In this document: one piece after another, positions 16,489-25,427 of the stretch
Layout: each line of letters starts with the position of its first letter
Position numbering within the stretch: position 1 is the stretch's first letter
Assembly (NCBI GenBank): GCA_018664485.1
Contig: JABJOE010000009.1
Location: 76,635-140,634 of the forward strand
From: Candidatus Uhrbacteria bacterium
GTDB lineage: Bacteria > Patescibacteriota > Patescibacteriia > UBA9934
DNA: 64,000 nt
Direction: 5' to 3'
Made by a program: the position numbers and the translations under genes
Notes under the pieces: model-generated
What the model was told of the DNA's origin: nothing
The model's database searches: none
Seen by the model: only the letters and a program-made list of their open reading frames with translations

Positions 16489-17709
16489 ATGAGACGAAGA
16501 GAATTTGGCAGTCCACCTCCAGAAGCCAAGGAACGAATTCGACCAGCTGTTTTAGCTGCACTAGTTTTTGGAGCGCTAAGCCTATCATCTGGAGAAGCAC
16601 GTGCCGACGCACCTTCTTTGGAAACTGGAAAAGATACCATCGAGGATATTGAAGGGGCTGCCGGAAATACTGACACACTTTTAAAAACTACAATCGACCA
16701 ATCAGCGCAAGAAGGTGAACGAATGGTTGAAGACGTTGAAAGCTCAGTACTTTCGACAGAAACTCTGATCGAAAAAACAATCGACCGCACAACCGCTGAG
16801 GGAGAAGCTGCTGCAGAAAAAGCTATTGATGAAGTTCTAGGTACTGCACTAGATTGTATTGGCGATGATTCTGCTGTTAGTGGAGTGAAAAAAATCCTCA
16901 TCACAGCCCAATCGCTCAACACACCTGATGGCCTTATGGGTGCTGCAAAAATCGCACAACAATGTGCCGACTTAAATGTAGAACTTGAACTCATAAAGAA
17001 GCACCCAAAGTGGAATCAAACCCTTCAGAATACAGCTAGCATTGGGTACCAGATTGTAATTGGTAACCCGATGGGGGCTGCCGATTCAGCAATTGGCAAC
17101 TTAAAAGAAAGAGGAACTAAACTCAGAGCCCTAAAGCTCTCTCCTGAAGCAGGTAATGCGTTAAACAGCATCGATGAGAAAGGTGAACAAATAAGTAGCG
17201 AAGTAGATAACGTTAACGAGACTGATTCAGAAACATTTGGCAAAGACCCTCAATGGGCAAAGTCTCTTTCCTTTGGGATCTCTAAAGATCTTGATACTTC
17301 AAGTATTGGAAGCGTTAAAGATGATCTTGCTAAAACTGGAATAAGTGCTAAAGACCTTCTCAACGCTCAAGCATATTCAGTCGGATTCTCACTAGAAAGA
17401 GATTTAGTAGACAACGGCCTGCAACTTGAGTTCAATGGCTCGCTAGTAGGTTCTCGGCAAGGGAAGGAATTTAATGGTCTTGCTGGATATCTCCAAGGAG
17501 GTATCGACCCAGGTGGAACAGTGCTGGGCCGCGACATAAGTACAGGTGGGCTTATTGGATACGGAACAGAAGGACTTGAAGCTGGAGGTTATTTACAATT
17601 CGACTCTGGAAGCTCTGCTGTGAAAGCCATCACAACGATCGACGATGATGGGAAGATTGGAGCGAGAGTAAGCTACCAAGTACAATTCGGACTAGAGAAA
17701 AAAACATAG
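16489..17709 (+). CDS. hypothetical secreted protein
   Basis: Signal peptide (…ALSLSSGEARA). Ser/Thr/Glu-rich repeats. No family recognised. The antisense ORF 16482..16994 is low-complexity and judged spurious. Confidence 0.55.
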   Translation: MRRREFGSPPPEAKERIRPAVLAALVFGALSLSSGEARADAPSLETGKDTIEDIEGAAGNTDTLLKTTIDQSAQEGERMVEDVESSVLSTETLIEKTIDRTTAEGEAAAEKAIDEVLGTALDCIGDDSAVSGVKKILITAQSLNTPDGLMGAAKIAQQCADLNVELELIKKHPKWNQTLQNTASIGYQIVIGNPMGAADSAIGNLKERGTKLRALKLSPEAGNALNSIDEKGEQISSEVDNVNETDSETFGKDPQWAKSLSFGISKDLDTSSIGSVKDDLAKTGISAKDLLNAQAYSVGFSLERDLVDNGLQLEFNGSLVGSRQGKEFNGLAGYLQGGIDPGGTVLGRDISTGGLIGYGTEGLEAGGYLQFDSGSSAVKAITTIDDDGKIGARVSYQVQFGLEKKT

Positions 17710-17761
17710 CCTTTGCGGGTTATGTTTTTACTTATACAGACGTACCTAAAAAGAAACAACC

Positions 17762-17793
17762 AAAAAACGCGGCTGTAATAGCCGCGCTTTTTG
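17762..17793. terminator. bidirectional intrinsic terminator
   Basis: AAAAAACGCGGC-tgtaata-GCCGCG-CTTTTTG. Confidence 0.7.
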
Positions 17794-17802
17794 AAATTTA
17801 TT

Positions 17803-18063
17803 TTACTTCCCTTCTGCCCAGGCTTTGAGTGAATCGTAATCTGTTGATCCGCAAATATGCTTACCTGAATCTGTATTGATGAAAAACGGGACTCCGCCAC
17901 ACAAACCCTTATCATACTCTTTTTGCTTTTGGGCGTTCTCGTCATTATTCCAAACTTCATTCTGCTCAACTTTCACTCCAAGCTCCTCTTCGAGCTTTGC
18001 AATAAGCGGCTTCATTTCAACACAATGTGGACAGGTTTCTCCGAAGAATTCTAGTAAGGCCAT
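17803..18063 (-). CDS. thioredoxin-fold protein (CPHC active site)
   Basis: FGETCPHCVEMKP; small size of about 86 aa. Confidence 0.6.
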   Translation of the reverse strand: MALLEFFGETCPHCVEMKPLIAKLEEELGVKVEQNEVWNNDENAQKQKEYDKGLCGGVPFFINTDSGKHICGSTDYDSLKAWAEGK

Positions 18064-18088
18064 AAATGTCACTTAGTTATTAAGTCAT

Positions 18089-18116
18089 TGAGTCATTAAG
18101 TCCTTGAGAGTATACT
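18089..18116 (+). promoter_or_regulatory. putative promoter (TTGAGT, 17 nt, TATACT) giving a near-leaderless mRNA
   Basis: The -10 element ends 8 nt before the ATG at 18125. Confidence 0.35.
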
Positions 18117-18124
18117 CAATATAC

Positions 18125-18592
18125 ATGAAGAATTTTAGCACATATATCATAGTTGGCATTGCCATTCTATCCACCGTTCTGCTGACCGGTCGTCTTTTTG
18201 ATACTACCTGGGCTGGAGGCGACGGATATAGCACTCAGGGCACTGCAGTCGCAGATGAAGCCGTCTATCAACGTGGAGAAACAATAGCTACTCTAGATGG
18301 CGAATGGCTGGAAGTGCAAATCGGCGACACGACAGTCTGGATGTACGAGAATACTGAATTGAAGCTCATCAACCTATCTGAGGATGGTCTCGAACTGACG
18401 GTAATTCAGGGACGAATCGTGCTATATGGTCACGCCGACATGCGAATACGCGATGAGGTCGAAACTTTGGATGGATTATATTCCTACGTTAACTATAGCT
18501 GGCTTTTAAAAACAGATGTCCAATACATAAATGACGATTTTAACTACTCCGAGTCTGAAGCTGCAGACTTCTACGATTGGGCTTTGTTTTAG
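18125..18592 (+). CDS. hypothetical membrane-anchored protein
   Basis: First ATG of ORF 18104..18592. N-terminal TM helix, then a beta-rich domain. Confidence 0.5.
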   Translation: MKNFSTYIIVGIAILSTVLLTGRLFDTTWAGGDGYSTQGTAVADEAVYQRGETIATLDGEWLEVQIGDTTVWMYENTELKLINLSEDGLELTVIQGRIVLYGHADMRIRDEVETLDGLYSYVNYSWLLKTDVQYINDDFNYSESEAADFYDWALF

Positions 18593-18624
18593 CTAAAATT
18601 AGCGACTTTTTTGCTCAAAGGTAC

Positions 18625-18653
18625 TTGACAAAAGTGCTTTTTTATGTCATTAT
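18625..18653 (+). promoter_or_regulatory. promoter module ACTTGACAAAAGTGCTTTTTTATGTCATTAT (shared with cassette arrays)
   Basis: Consensus -35 TTGACA, 17-nt spacer, CATTAT. Spacer sequence is identical to the array promoter at 6367..6395. Confidence 0.55.
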
Positions 18654-18753
18654 GGGCACGACGAAAGTCACTTCACCCAAAAACAACGGCTCAAAGCCAA
18701 AACGCGGCAACCCCGCAATCGAGAGACTATTGAAACTGAAGACACTGGTCGCA

Positions 18754-19122
18754 ATGGCCACCATCATGTTCGCAACCTTCGCCACCAAGACCGCCGAGGC
18801 ATGCGGAGGTGAAAACTTGCATATGTACTTCGGCTACGACTGGTTCGTCTACAGGTTGCCGAAGGATCACCCAAAGGGTGCTACGGTTGTAAGAGCGATC
18901 CCCAAATCGAAACTCACCGTTGTCATTGACGACGAGGGCGATAGCACGGTCGTCACTCTCCATGAGGGTGATAAAACCCTGATGACCGGAAAGATCTTCG
19001 CATGCTTCCGCTGTATGAGTTCCCCGACCTACATCAAATGGGAAGACCCTGAGACAAGAAAAGAACGAAAAGTGAACGACAAGGGTACCGCAGCGGCCCG
19101 ACTCGCATGCGTGAGCGAATAG
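18754..19122 (+). CDS. hypothetical protein in a GC-rich island (start uncertain)
   Basis: The upstream part of the ORF overlaps the promoter -10, so the start was moved to MATIMFATFATKTAEA (signal-peptide-like). The 5' UTR carries a GAC-GAAA-GTC tetraloop hairpin like the cassette leaders. Confidence 0.4.
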   Translation: MATIMFATFATKTAEACGGENLHMYFGYDWFVYRLPKDHPKGATVVRAIPKSKLTVVIDDEGDSTVVTLHEGDKTLMTGKIFACFRCMSSPTYIKWEDPETRKERKVNDKGTAAARLACVSE

Positions 19123-19200
19123 CGCTCTCACCCCGCATGACATCACCCCCTCCTGGTTCTCCGGGAGAGGGTGATTTGCTTTTGCGGTACCCTTCACCAA

Positions 19201-20574
19201 CTAAAACACAAACTCTTGCGAGAACATCGGAATGATTACCTCGCTATCAATTTCTTTTTCAATAAACTCTTTGAATTCTGGCTTTACCTTCTCATCACCG
19301 TGCACCAAAAATACCTGATCTATCTTCCCTTCTTTTGGTTTGAGCCAGGATCGTAGCTTGTTACGATCACCATGCGCCGAGAATGACCCGATAGCCTTGA
19401 TAGTCGCGTTTACATCTATATCCTTCTGGTGAATCTTAACTTTCTTTGCACCATCTTTAATCTGGCGCCCCAGAGTTCCCTCTGCCTGGTAACCGATGAT
19501 CAATACCCCGCTCTTTTTATCTGACAGATACCGAATAAGATGATGCAGGATTCTCCCACCTGTCATCATTCCGGATCCAGCAATAATAATCTTTGGGCCA
19601 CGATCGCTGTTGATCTTTTTCGACGCATCCATTCGCAACGTCTCCACCAAACGTGGGAACGTAAAGAAGTCATGGTCTGAACTTGAATGAATCGGCCGAT
19701 CAAAACGTAGATAATGTTTAAAATGTCTGTAAATTTCAGTAGCTTTAATTGCAAGCGGACTATCCAAATATACCGGAACCTTGGGTAGAACCCCCTCGTC
19801 TGCCAGCAGGTCCAACTCATAAAGTAACTCCTGTGTACGCTCGATCGAAAATGCAGGAATAAGCAATGTTCCTCCACGATTAATGATCGACGACACCATC
19901 TTTACCAACTCCTTATTACGTTGCGGAACAGGTTCATGATCGCGATTACCGTAAGTCGTCTCACATACAACTATATCCGCCTTCAAAATAGGCTCTGTGT
20001 CTGGTAGAATTGGTACCTCCTCATTTCCAATATCTCCACTAAATAGTAATCGTTTTGGTTTACCGTCTTCTGTTTCACTCCCTGGTACATCGATAGTTAC
20101 ATACGCAGAACCTAAGATATGACCTGCGTCGTGGAACATCACATTTACACCCGGAACAATCTCAAACTGAGTGTGGTATCCGATACCTTTCATCTGGGAT
20201 TCTGTTCTCTTTACATCATCAGGAGAAAATAAAATAATGTCACCATTACGCCGAGCATTTTCGGACATGACATGCTGAGCGTCTTCAAGCACGATAGATG
20301 CCAACGCTTTGGTTGGTGGAGTTGTATAAATCGTTCCCCGGAATCCCTGCTTCACGATGAGCGGATAGCGTCCGATGTGATCGTAATGAGCATGCGTGAT
20401 AATTCCAGCATCGATGTCCTTAGCATTAAATCCAACGTCTATCAGATTCTTATTAGACACCATTCGCTGACCCTGGAACATTCCACAGTCAACAAGTATT
20501 TTACTCTCTTTAAACTCCAACAAAAAACACGACCCGGTTACGCCGCGGACTCCTCCGTGAAAAGATAGCTTCAT
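19201..20574 (-). CDS. metallo-beta-lactamase / beta-CASP family ribonuclease
   Basis: HAHYDH metal-binding motif plus a beta-CASP region and C-terminal His, typical of the RNA-metabolising MBL family. Confidence 0.75.
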   Translation of the reverse strand: MKLSFHGGVRGVTGSCFLLEFKESKILVDCGMFQGQRMVSNKNLIDVGFNAKDIDAGIITHAHYDHIGRYPLIVKQGFRGTIYTTPPTKALASIVLEDAQHVMSENARRNGDIILFSPDDVKRTESQMKGIGYHTQFEIVPGVNVMFHDAGHILGSAYVTIDVPGSETEDGKPKRLLFSGDIGNEEVPILPDTEPILKADIVVCETTYGNRDHEPVPQRNKELVKMVSSIINRGGTLLIPAFSIERTQELLYELDLLADEGVLPKVPVYLDSPLAIKATEIYRHFKHYLRFDRPIHSSSDHDFFTFPRLVETLRMDASKKINSDRGPKIIIAGSGMMTGGRILHHLIRYLSDKKSGVLIIGYQAEGTLGRQIKDGAKKVKIHQKDIDVNATIKAIGSFSAHGDRNKLRSWLKPKEGKIDQVFLVHGDEKVKPEFKEFIEKEIDSEVIIPMFSQEFVF

Positions 20575-20580
20575 ATACTC

Positions 20581-21045
20581 CTATTTTTTCTGCAATTTAT
20601 ATAGCGAACCGGCAATGATCAGTATAGCGGCCTGTGATGCCAAACATAGTAAACACCATGTATGTAGAACGAAAGCCTCAATTCCCGTGAGATAGAGGCT
20701 AAAAACCAATCCACCCGCCCCTAAAATCAATAGTAGATCAAGAAGCTTTCGAGATTGATTCTGTGCATACATCATAATACCGACAAAAATCACAACGTAC
20801 GCTGCGATTCCCATAATTGATACTGGGATTCCAAAAATCTCAGAGTATGCACTTTGATTCACGAGATCACAATCAAACGTTTCGTTGATCTTGCAGAATC
20901 CTGTCGGTGCCGATCCGTAATGAGCTAATGCTGAATAGATTGAAACCAATACTCCAACTACCGCAGACACTGCGATGAGCGACGTTAGACGATCTACAGC
21001 GCTCGAACCGGCATCACAAATTGGTTGACTACACTTATCTTTCAT
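20581..21045 (-). CDS. vitamin K epoxide reductase (VKOR) family membrane protein
   Basis: Loop Cys pair (FCKINETFDCD) and TM CxxC (WCLLC). 4-5 TM helices. Confidence 0.65.
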   Translation of the reverse strand: MKDKCSQPICDAGSSAVDRLTSLIAVSAVVGVLVSIYSALAHYGSAPTGFCKINETFDCDLVNQSAYSEIFGIPVSIMGIAAYVVIFVGIMMYAQNQSRKLLDLLLILGAGGLVFSLYLTGIEAFVLHTWCLLCLASQAAILIIAGSLYKLQKK

Positions 21046-21124
21046 AATTTTCCGTATTATTTTACTGAAGTTTGTCGAGGAGCAGAGTTATAAGCCGACA
21101 ATAATCCGAAGATATTAATCCGGC

Positions 21125-21511
21125 TTATTCTGGCAGTTCACATCCAAACCACTCCCCTAGATCACTCATACTCTGAACACCACCATTACGCTCCCCCGTA
21201 TTTGTATTCTCCCAGGTTGGAGTCCCTGTAATGTCATCCTCGGCACAAAGGTCAAAGTTATTTGAACCACGTGAAGAACATTCCTTTTCATCAATGTATC
21301 TATACGCTGTTCCAAACATAGCCTCCTGAGTAGCACAATTACTACACCAATAAGCTGAGTAAACTTTTGCACCGTTATCATTAAGGCATTGCGCAAAATC
21401 ATCAAACTCTGATGGCGCAACGTTCTGCCATACGATTGAGCCCACCAAAAGTGCTAATACTGCTATTCCCCCAACAAAAACGCTCTTTGTAGATGACCAA
21501 GATGATGACAT
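21125..21511 (-). CDS. thioredoxin-like periplasmic partner of VKOR (WCSNC active site)
   Basis: Signal/anchor at the N-terminus. CxxC thioredoxin-fold motif. Sits directly upstream of VKOR. Confidence 0.55.
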   Translation of the reverse strand: MSSSWSSTKSVFVGGIAVLALLVGSIVWQNVAPSEFDDFAQCLNDNGAKVYSAYWCSNCATQEAMFGTAYRYIDEKECSSRGSNNFDLCAEDDITGTPTWENTNTGERNGGVQSMSDLGEWFGCELPE

Positions 21512-21598
21512 AACGCAAAAACTTACAGATTATGGATACATGATACGATGAACGTAAAGGATTGACAATCGCTCGATTTTTTAGCATACTACTGCCTT

Positions 21599-22597
21599 AT
21601 GAAACTCGACTGGAACAATATCGAGCGTCCAATATTGGCCCTATCACCAATGGCGGACATGACAGACTCTGCGTACTGCCAGATTGTACGTAATGTTGTT
21701 AATGGATCAATCCCACAATCCCGACTTATTGTTTTTCGTGAGATGGTATCGTCCGAAGCTGTTGTTCGTGGAAATGAAAAAACTCTCGGAATGACAGAAA
21801 TACATCCTGCAGAACGTCCGCTGGTTCAGCAAATTTTTGGATCAAATCCAGATGTAATGGCTCGCGCTGCAAGTTTTATACAAGAGAATTACAGTCCAGA
21901 AGGAATCGACATCAACATGGGATGCCCCGTTTACAAAATCACACACAACTTTAATGGATCAGCGCTCATGAAGGACCCTGATCTTGCGGTAAGCATCGTA
22001 AAAGCGATGAAGAAAACAATTACAGTACCTCTATCTGTAAAGATGCGTGCCGGTTGGTCAGATCACAACGAGTGCATCGAATTTGCAAAGATTATCGAAG
22101 ATGCTGGCGCTGACTTGATCACAGTACATGGCCGTACAAAAAAACAAGGCTACTCAGGGCTTTCAAATAGAGAGGTTGTAGCGAAGGTAAAACAGAGTGT
22201 ATCTATCCCCGTACTCTACAATGGAGATGTATTCACATGGCAAGATTATTTTGAAGCATTGGAGCAGACAAAATGTGACGGAGTGCTAATCGCACGAGGT
22301 GGACTCGGTAATCCCTGGATCTTCAAACAGATAGAGCAAAAACTGGCAGGACAAATACCAGACGAAGTTTCGCTTGAAGAACGTATCAAAGTAACAATCG
22401 AACATCTTGATCAACACCTCGCACAATATGGTCAAGACCGTCTACCAACTTTCCGAAAACACATATCGTGGTATCTCAAAGGTCTTTCAGGATTCAAGCC
22501 GTACAAACAAATTATTATGACGGCAAAAGATCGCGATACTGTTGTCAAAACGCTAGAGCAATTCCTACACGATCAACCATTGACATCAAAGGCTTAA
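21599..22597 (+). CDS. dus: tRNA-dihydrouridine synthase
   Basis: SPMADMTD...GIDINMGCPV...KMRAGW: the Dus family TIM-barrel FMN-binding signature. Confidence 0.85.
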   Translation: MKLDWNNIERPILALSPMADMTDSAYCQIVRNVVNGSIPQSRLIVFREMVSSEAVVRGNEKTLGMTEIHPAERPLVQQIFGSNPDVMARAASFIQENYSPEGIDINMGCPVYKITHNFNGSALMKDPDLAVSIVKAMKKTITVPLSVKMRAGWSDHNECIEFAKIIEDAGADLITVHGRTKKQGYSGLSNREVVAKVKQSVSIPVLYNGDVFTWQDYFEALEQTKCDGVLIARGGLGNPWIFKQIEQKLAGQIPDEVSLEERIKVTIEHLDQHLAQYGQDRLPTFRKHISWYLKGLSGFKPYKQIIMTAKDRDTVVKTLEQFLHDQPLTSKA

Positions 22598-22637
22598 AAG
22601 ACTAGAATAGCGGCGTTATCAACTCTCTCCCCTTTTT

Positions 22638-23579
22638 ATGAGAATTGGAATTCTTTCATTTGTTAGTAGCCCAAAAGGACTTGCCAAAGGAACAAAGAAG
22701 ATTATCAAAGAGGCAAAGTCCCGCGGCCACAAAGTTAACGTTTTATATACCCCTTATGTGGGGCTAGTTTTCGGGAACGGGAAACAACTGACATACAAAG
22801 GCAAGGTTTTAGCACCTGAGAAATACGATGTTATAGTGGTTCGTCCAGGATTTACAGCTGATCCAAGCGTAAATTCATCAATCATCAAACAATTCCAATT
22901 AGCAGGGTTCTACGTTCTAAACGGGTACATCGGAGTATTCCGCGCAAAGAACAAGATTCGAACGATGCAGATGCTTGATCATTTCGGTATCCCAGTTCCT
23001 AAAACAGTTGTACTGAAAGACTCTGGTTTACTTGCTGAGGCAGCGCAGGAATTCCGATACCCTATCATCATCAAAGCAGTCTACGGAACTCATGGGCGCG
23101 GAGTATTTCTCGCGGAATCAAAGCGATCACTAAAACCTATTGTTGAATACTTAACAGCGAAAGAGAAAGGGCCGGTCTTCATTCAGGAATATATAGCCGA
23201 AGCGAAAGGAAAAGATCTACGTGTATTCGTGCTTGGTAAGAAGATCGTTGCAGCCACAGAACGATTTGCCAAAGGTGGAGAGTTTCGCGCCAACTTCAGC
23301 ATTGGAGGAGGATTGCAAAATGTTGTACTTACAAAAGAAGAAAAAGATGTTTCAAAACGTGCCGCTCAAGTTTTGAACCTAGACATTGCCGGAGTAGACA
23401 TCCTTCGAACTAAAACGGGTCCAAAAGTTATCGAAGTGAATTCCAACCCAGGAATTACAAGTATTGAAAAAGGATCTGGAATAAACGTAACGGAGAAACT
23501 TGTAAACTTCATAGAGCATCGCGTTGAAAAATACGGCAAGAATAGAAAGCCTCTCAAAAAACGAGCAATGAAAGAATAG
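22638..23579 (+). CDS. RimK-family ATP-grasp ligase (alpha-L-glutamate ligase-like)
   Basis: ATP-grasp fold with the typical RimK layout and length. Confidence 0.75.
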   Translation: MRIGILSFVSSPKGLAKGTKKIIKEAKSRGHKVNVLYTPYVGLVFGNGKQLTYKGKVLAPEKYDVIVVRPGFTADPSVNSSIIKQFQLAGFYVLNGYIGVFRAKNKIRTMQMLDHFGIPVPKTVVLKDSGLLAEAAQEFRYPIIIKAVYGTHGRGVFLAESKRSLKPIVEYLTAKEKGPVFIQEYIAEAKGKDLRVFVLGKKIVAATERFAKGGEFRANFSIGGGLQNVVLTKEEKDVSKRAAQVLNLDIAGVDILRTKTGPKVIEVNSNPGITSIEKGSGINVTEKLVNFIEHRVEKYGKNRKPLKKRAMKE

Positions 23580-23580
23580 A

Positions 23581-23608
23581 AAAAATGACCTTTACAGGTC
23601 ATTTTTAC
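23581..23608. terminator. bidirectional intrinsic terminator
   Basis: AAAAAATGACCT-ttac-AGGTCATTTTTAC. Confidence 0.6.
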
Positions 23609-23969
23609 TTTCTAACAATTCACGACACAAGCCGATATCGTATATAATTTTTTGCCGCAGTCTTTCTGTCGAATATCCTCTCACGTACTCACTTATTTTC
23701 TCTACAATCTCGCATGAGAGTTCATGGCCAACGATATCTTTATCAAAATCTAGAATATGAATTTCCAACTTTCGCCCACCCTCATCTCCGTAGCATACTG
23801 AAGATCCATAACGAGTACCATCGTGCTCGACCCATGCAGCATAAATACCATGCTCCAGATCAGGCATAACAGCAGCCTCCATATTAGCTGTAGCAGCACC
23901 AAAGATTCGTTGCGCTACGCCATCACCCTTTACGACTTTTCCTTTAAAAGAAATATCCATAAAATTCAA
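23592..23969 (-). CDS. stand-alone riboflavin kinase domain protein
   Basis: KGKVVKGDG...GAATANM...GIYAAWV...EIHILDF...RLRQKI matches the RibF C-terminal riboflavin kinase domain. Confidence 0.65.
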   Translation of the reverse strand: MNFMDISFKGKVVKGDGVAQRIFGAATANMEAAVMPDLEHGIYAAWVEHDGTRYGSSVCYGDEGGRKLEIHILDFDKDIVGHELSCEIVEKISEYVRGYSTERLRQKIIYDIGLCRELLESKNDL

Positions 23970-24039
23970 CGGTAAGGAGTATAACAGGAAGTCTATCTGG
24001 GTTCAATCGTCTACTGTAAGGCTATAATTTACAAAAATG

Positions 24040-25341
24040 CTAGGTATTTAGCCATTTTCCATCTTGTCGAACCAATAGCTCATTTGCACGACCAGGCTCT
24101 GCCATAACGTCCTTTACAACTTTCTCCATCCTGGAGGACTGAGAACCCTTCACATAAACCACATCCCCCTGCTGAATGATGCCATCTAAGAAACGTCCAG
24201 CATCCTCACTATTGCCAAATATATGCACTGCATTTGCGTCCATTCCGGCCTCTTTTGCAGCATCAATTGCGATACCCATCCGATCACCAACTCCGATAAA
24301 TATATCAGCACACTCTGGCACCTTCATTCCAACGAAACGATGCTCTTGCTCGTCATACGCTCCCAACTCCGCCATCTGACCGAGTACGGCTATTCTACGG
24401 TCGACTTTTTCTCCAGGTTGAAATTGTTTTAGTACGTCCAATCCATGCTGCATCGCTGCAGGTGCTGCGTTGTACGAATCATCAATAATCAGTGAGCCCT
24501 TAATCCCCGCAAGTGGACGAAGCCGTCCTGGCAAAGCGTGAATATCTTTGTTAAGGGCATCGATTGAATCTGACATTGATACATTAAGATAATCCCCGAC
24601 AGTAAGTGCCGCTAAACACGTGAGTACCGGAGCGTACCCGATAGCATTCTCAAGCCTCAGCGATCCGACTGTATGACCTCCCACCTCTACAGACGCCGTT
24701 GTAATAGAAAATACTTCACCGATATCAAAGTCATCATCTAATCGGGTTGAAAGAGCAATGTTAGTCGCTCGCACATCCGACAACTCGCCGGCACCGTAAC
24801 GAAGAACATCAGCTTTCGTTTCGTCAGCCATTGCACTTACACGAGGATCGTCACCATTAAGTACCGCAAGACCAACACCTTTTCCTTTAAGTACTCGCAC
24901 GAGGTGAGCCTTCTCGGTAGTCAAAGCATCCAGATCCGCAAAATATTCGGCATGAACAGGCGACACTCCGGTTACAACTCCGATCTTTGGAGGAGCCAAC
25001 TCGCATAACGCTTTAATGTCACCTGGGTGATCTGCTCCGAATTCCAAAACCAATACCTCTGGCATTTCTTTTAGTCGACGAGCCCGCCATAACAACGACA
25101 GCCAACCGATAGACGACCGACCTGGACTCTTCATCCCGAGGATGGTGAGAGGAACGCCGATCTCGTTATTATAGTTCTTCTCAGCAGTACGTACTTTATA
25201 TTTAGTACGAAGAACCGTAGCTACAGCATCTTTGGTTGATGTCTTTCCAAACGATCCGGTTACAGCAACTATAATTGGCTTATGTTGCTCGATTGCTCGT
25301 TTAGCAGCCGACTGCAGTTTTGATACTAGAAATTTTTTCAT
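24040..25341 (-). CDS. murF: UDP-N-acetylmuramoyl-tripeptide--D-alanyl-D-alanine ligase
   Basis: P-loop VTGSFGKTSTKD; Mur ligase middle and C-terminal domains. Confidence 0.85.
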   Translation of the reverse strand: MKKFLVSKLQSAAKRAIEQHKPIIVAVTGSFGKTSTKDAVATVLRTKYKVRTAEKNYNNEIGVPLTILGMKSPGRSSIGWLSLLWRARRLKEMPEVLVLEFGADHPGDIKALCELAPPKIGVVTGVSPVHAEYFADLDALTTEKAHLVRVLKGKGVGLAVLNGDDPRVSAMADETKADVLRYGAGELSDVRATNIALSTRLDDDFDIGEVFSITTASVEVGGHTVGSLRLENAIGYAPVLTCLAALTVGDYLNVSMSDSIDALNKDIHALPGRLRPLAGIKGSLIIDDSYNAAPAAMQHGLDVLKQFQPGEKVDRRIAVLGQMAELGAYDEQEHRFVGMKVPECADIFIGVGDRMGIAIDAAKEAGMDANAVHIFGNSEDAGRFLDGIIQQGDVVYVKGSQSSRMEKVVKDVMAEPGRANELLVRQDGKWLNT

Positions 25342-25427
25342 ATTTGGAGCTTATTACTCTTTGATTTTAGCCCATAGACTGACCTAAATCAATGAACAGA
25401 CTTTCAACTGTGTACAAAGTTTGATCG

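Noticed and set aside
16482-16994. Considered the 170-aa Ser-rich antisense ORF overlapping the secreted protein gene.
   Set aside because: It is low-complexity with no SD. The plus-strand ORF has a clear signal peptide and continues for 406 aa.
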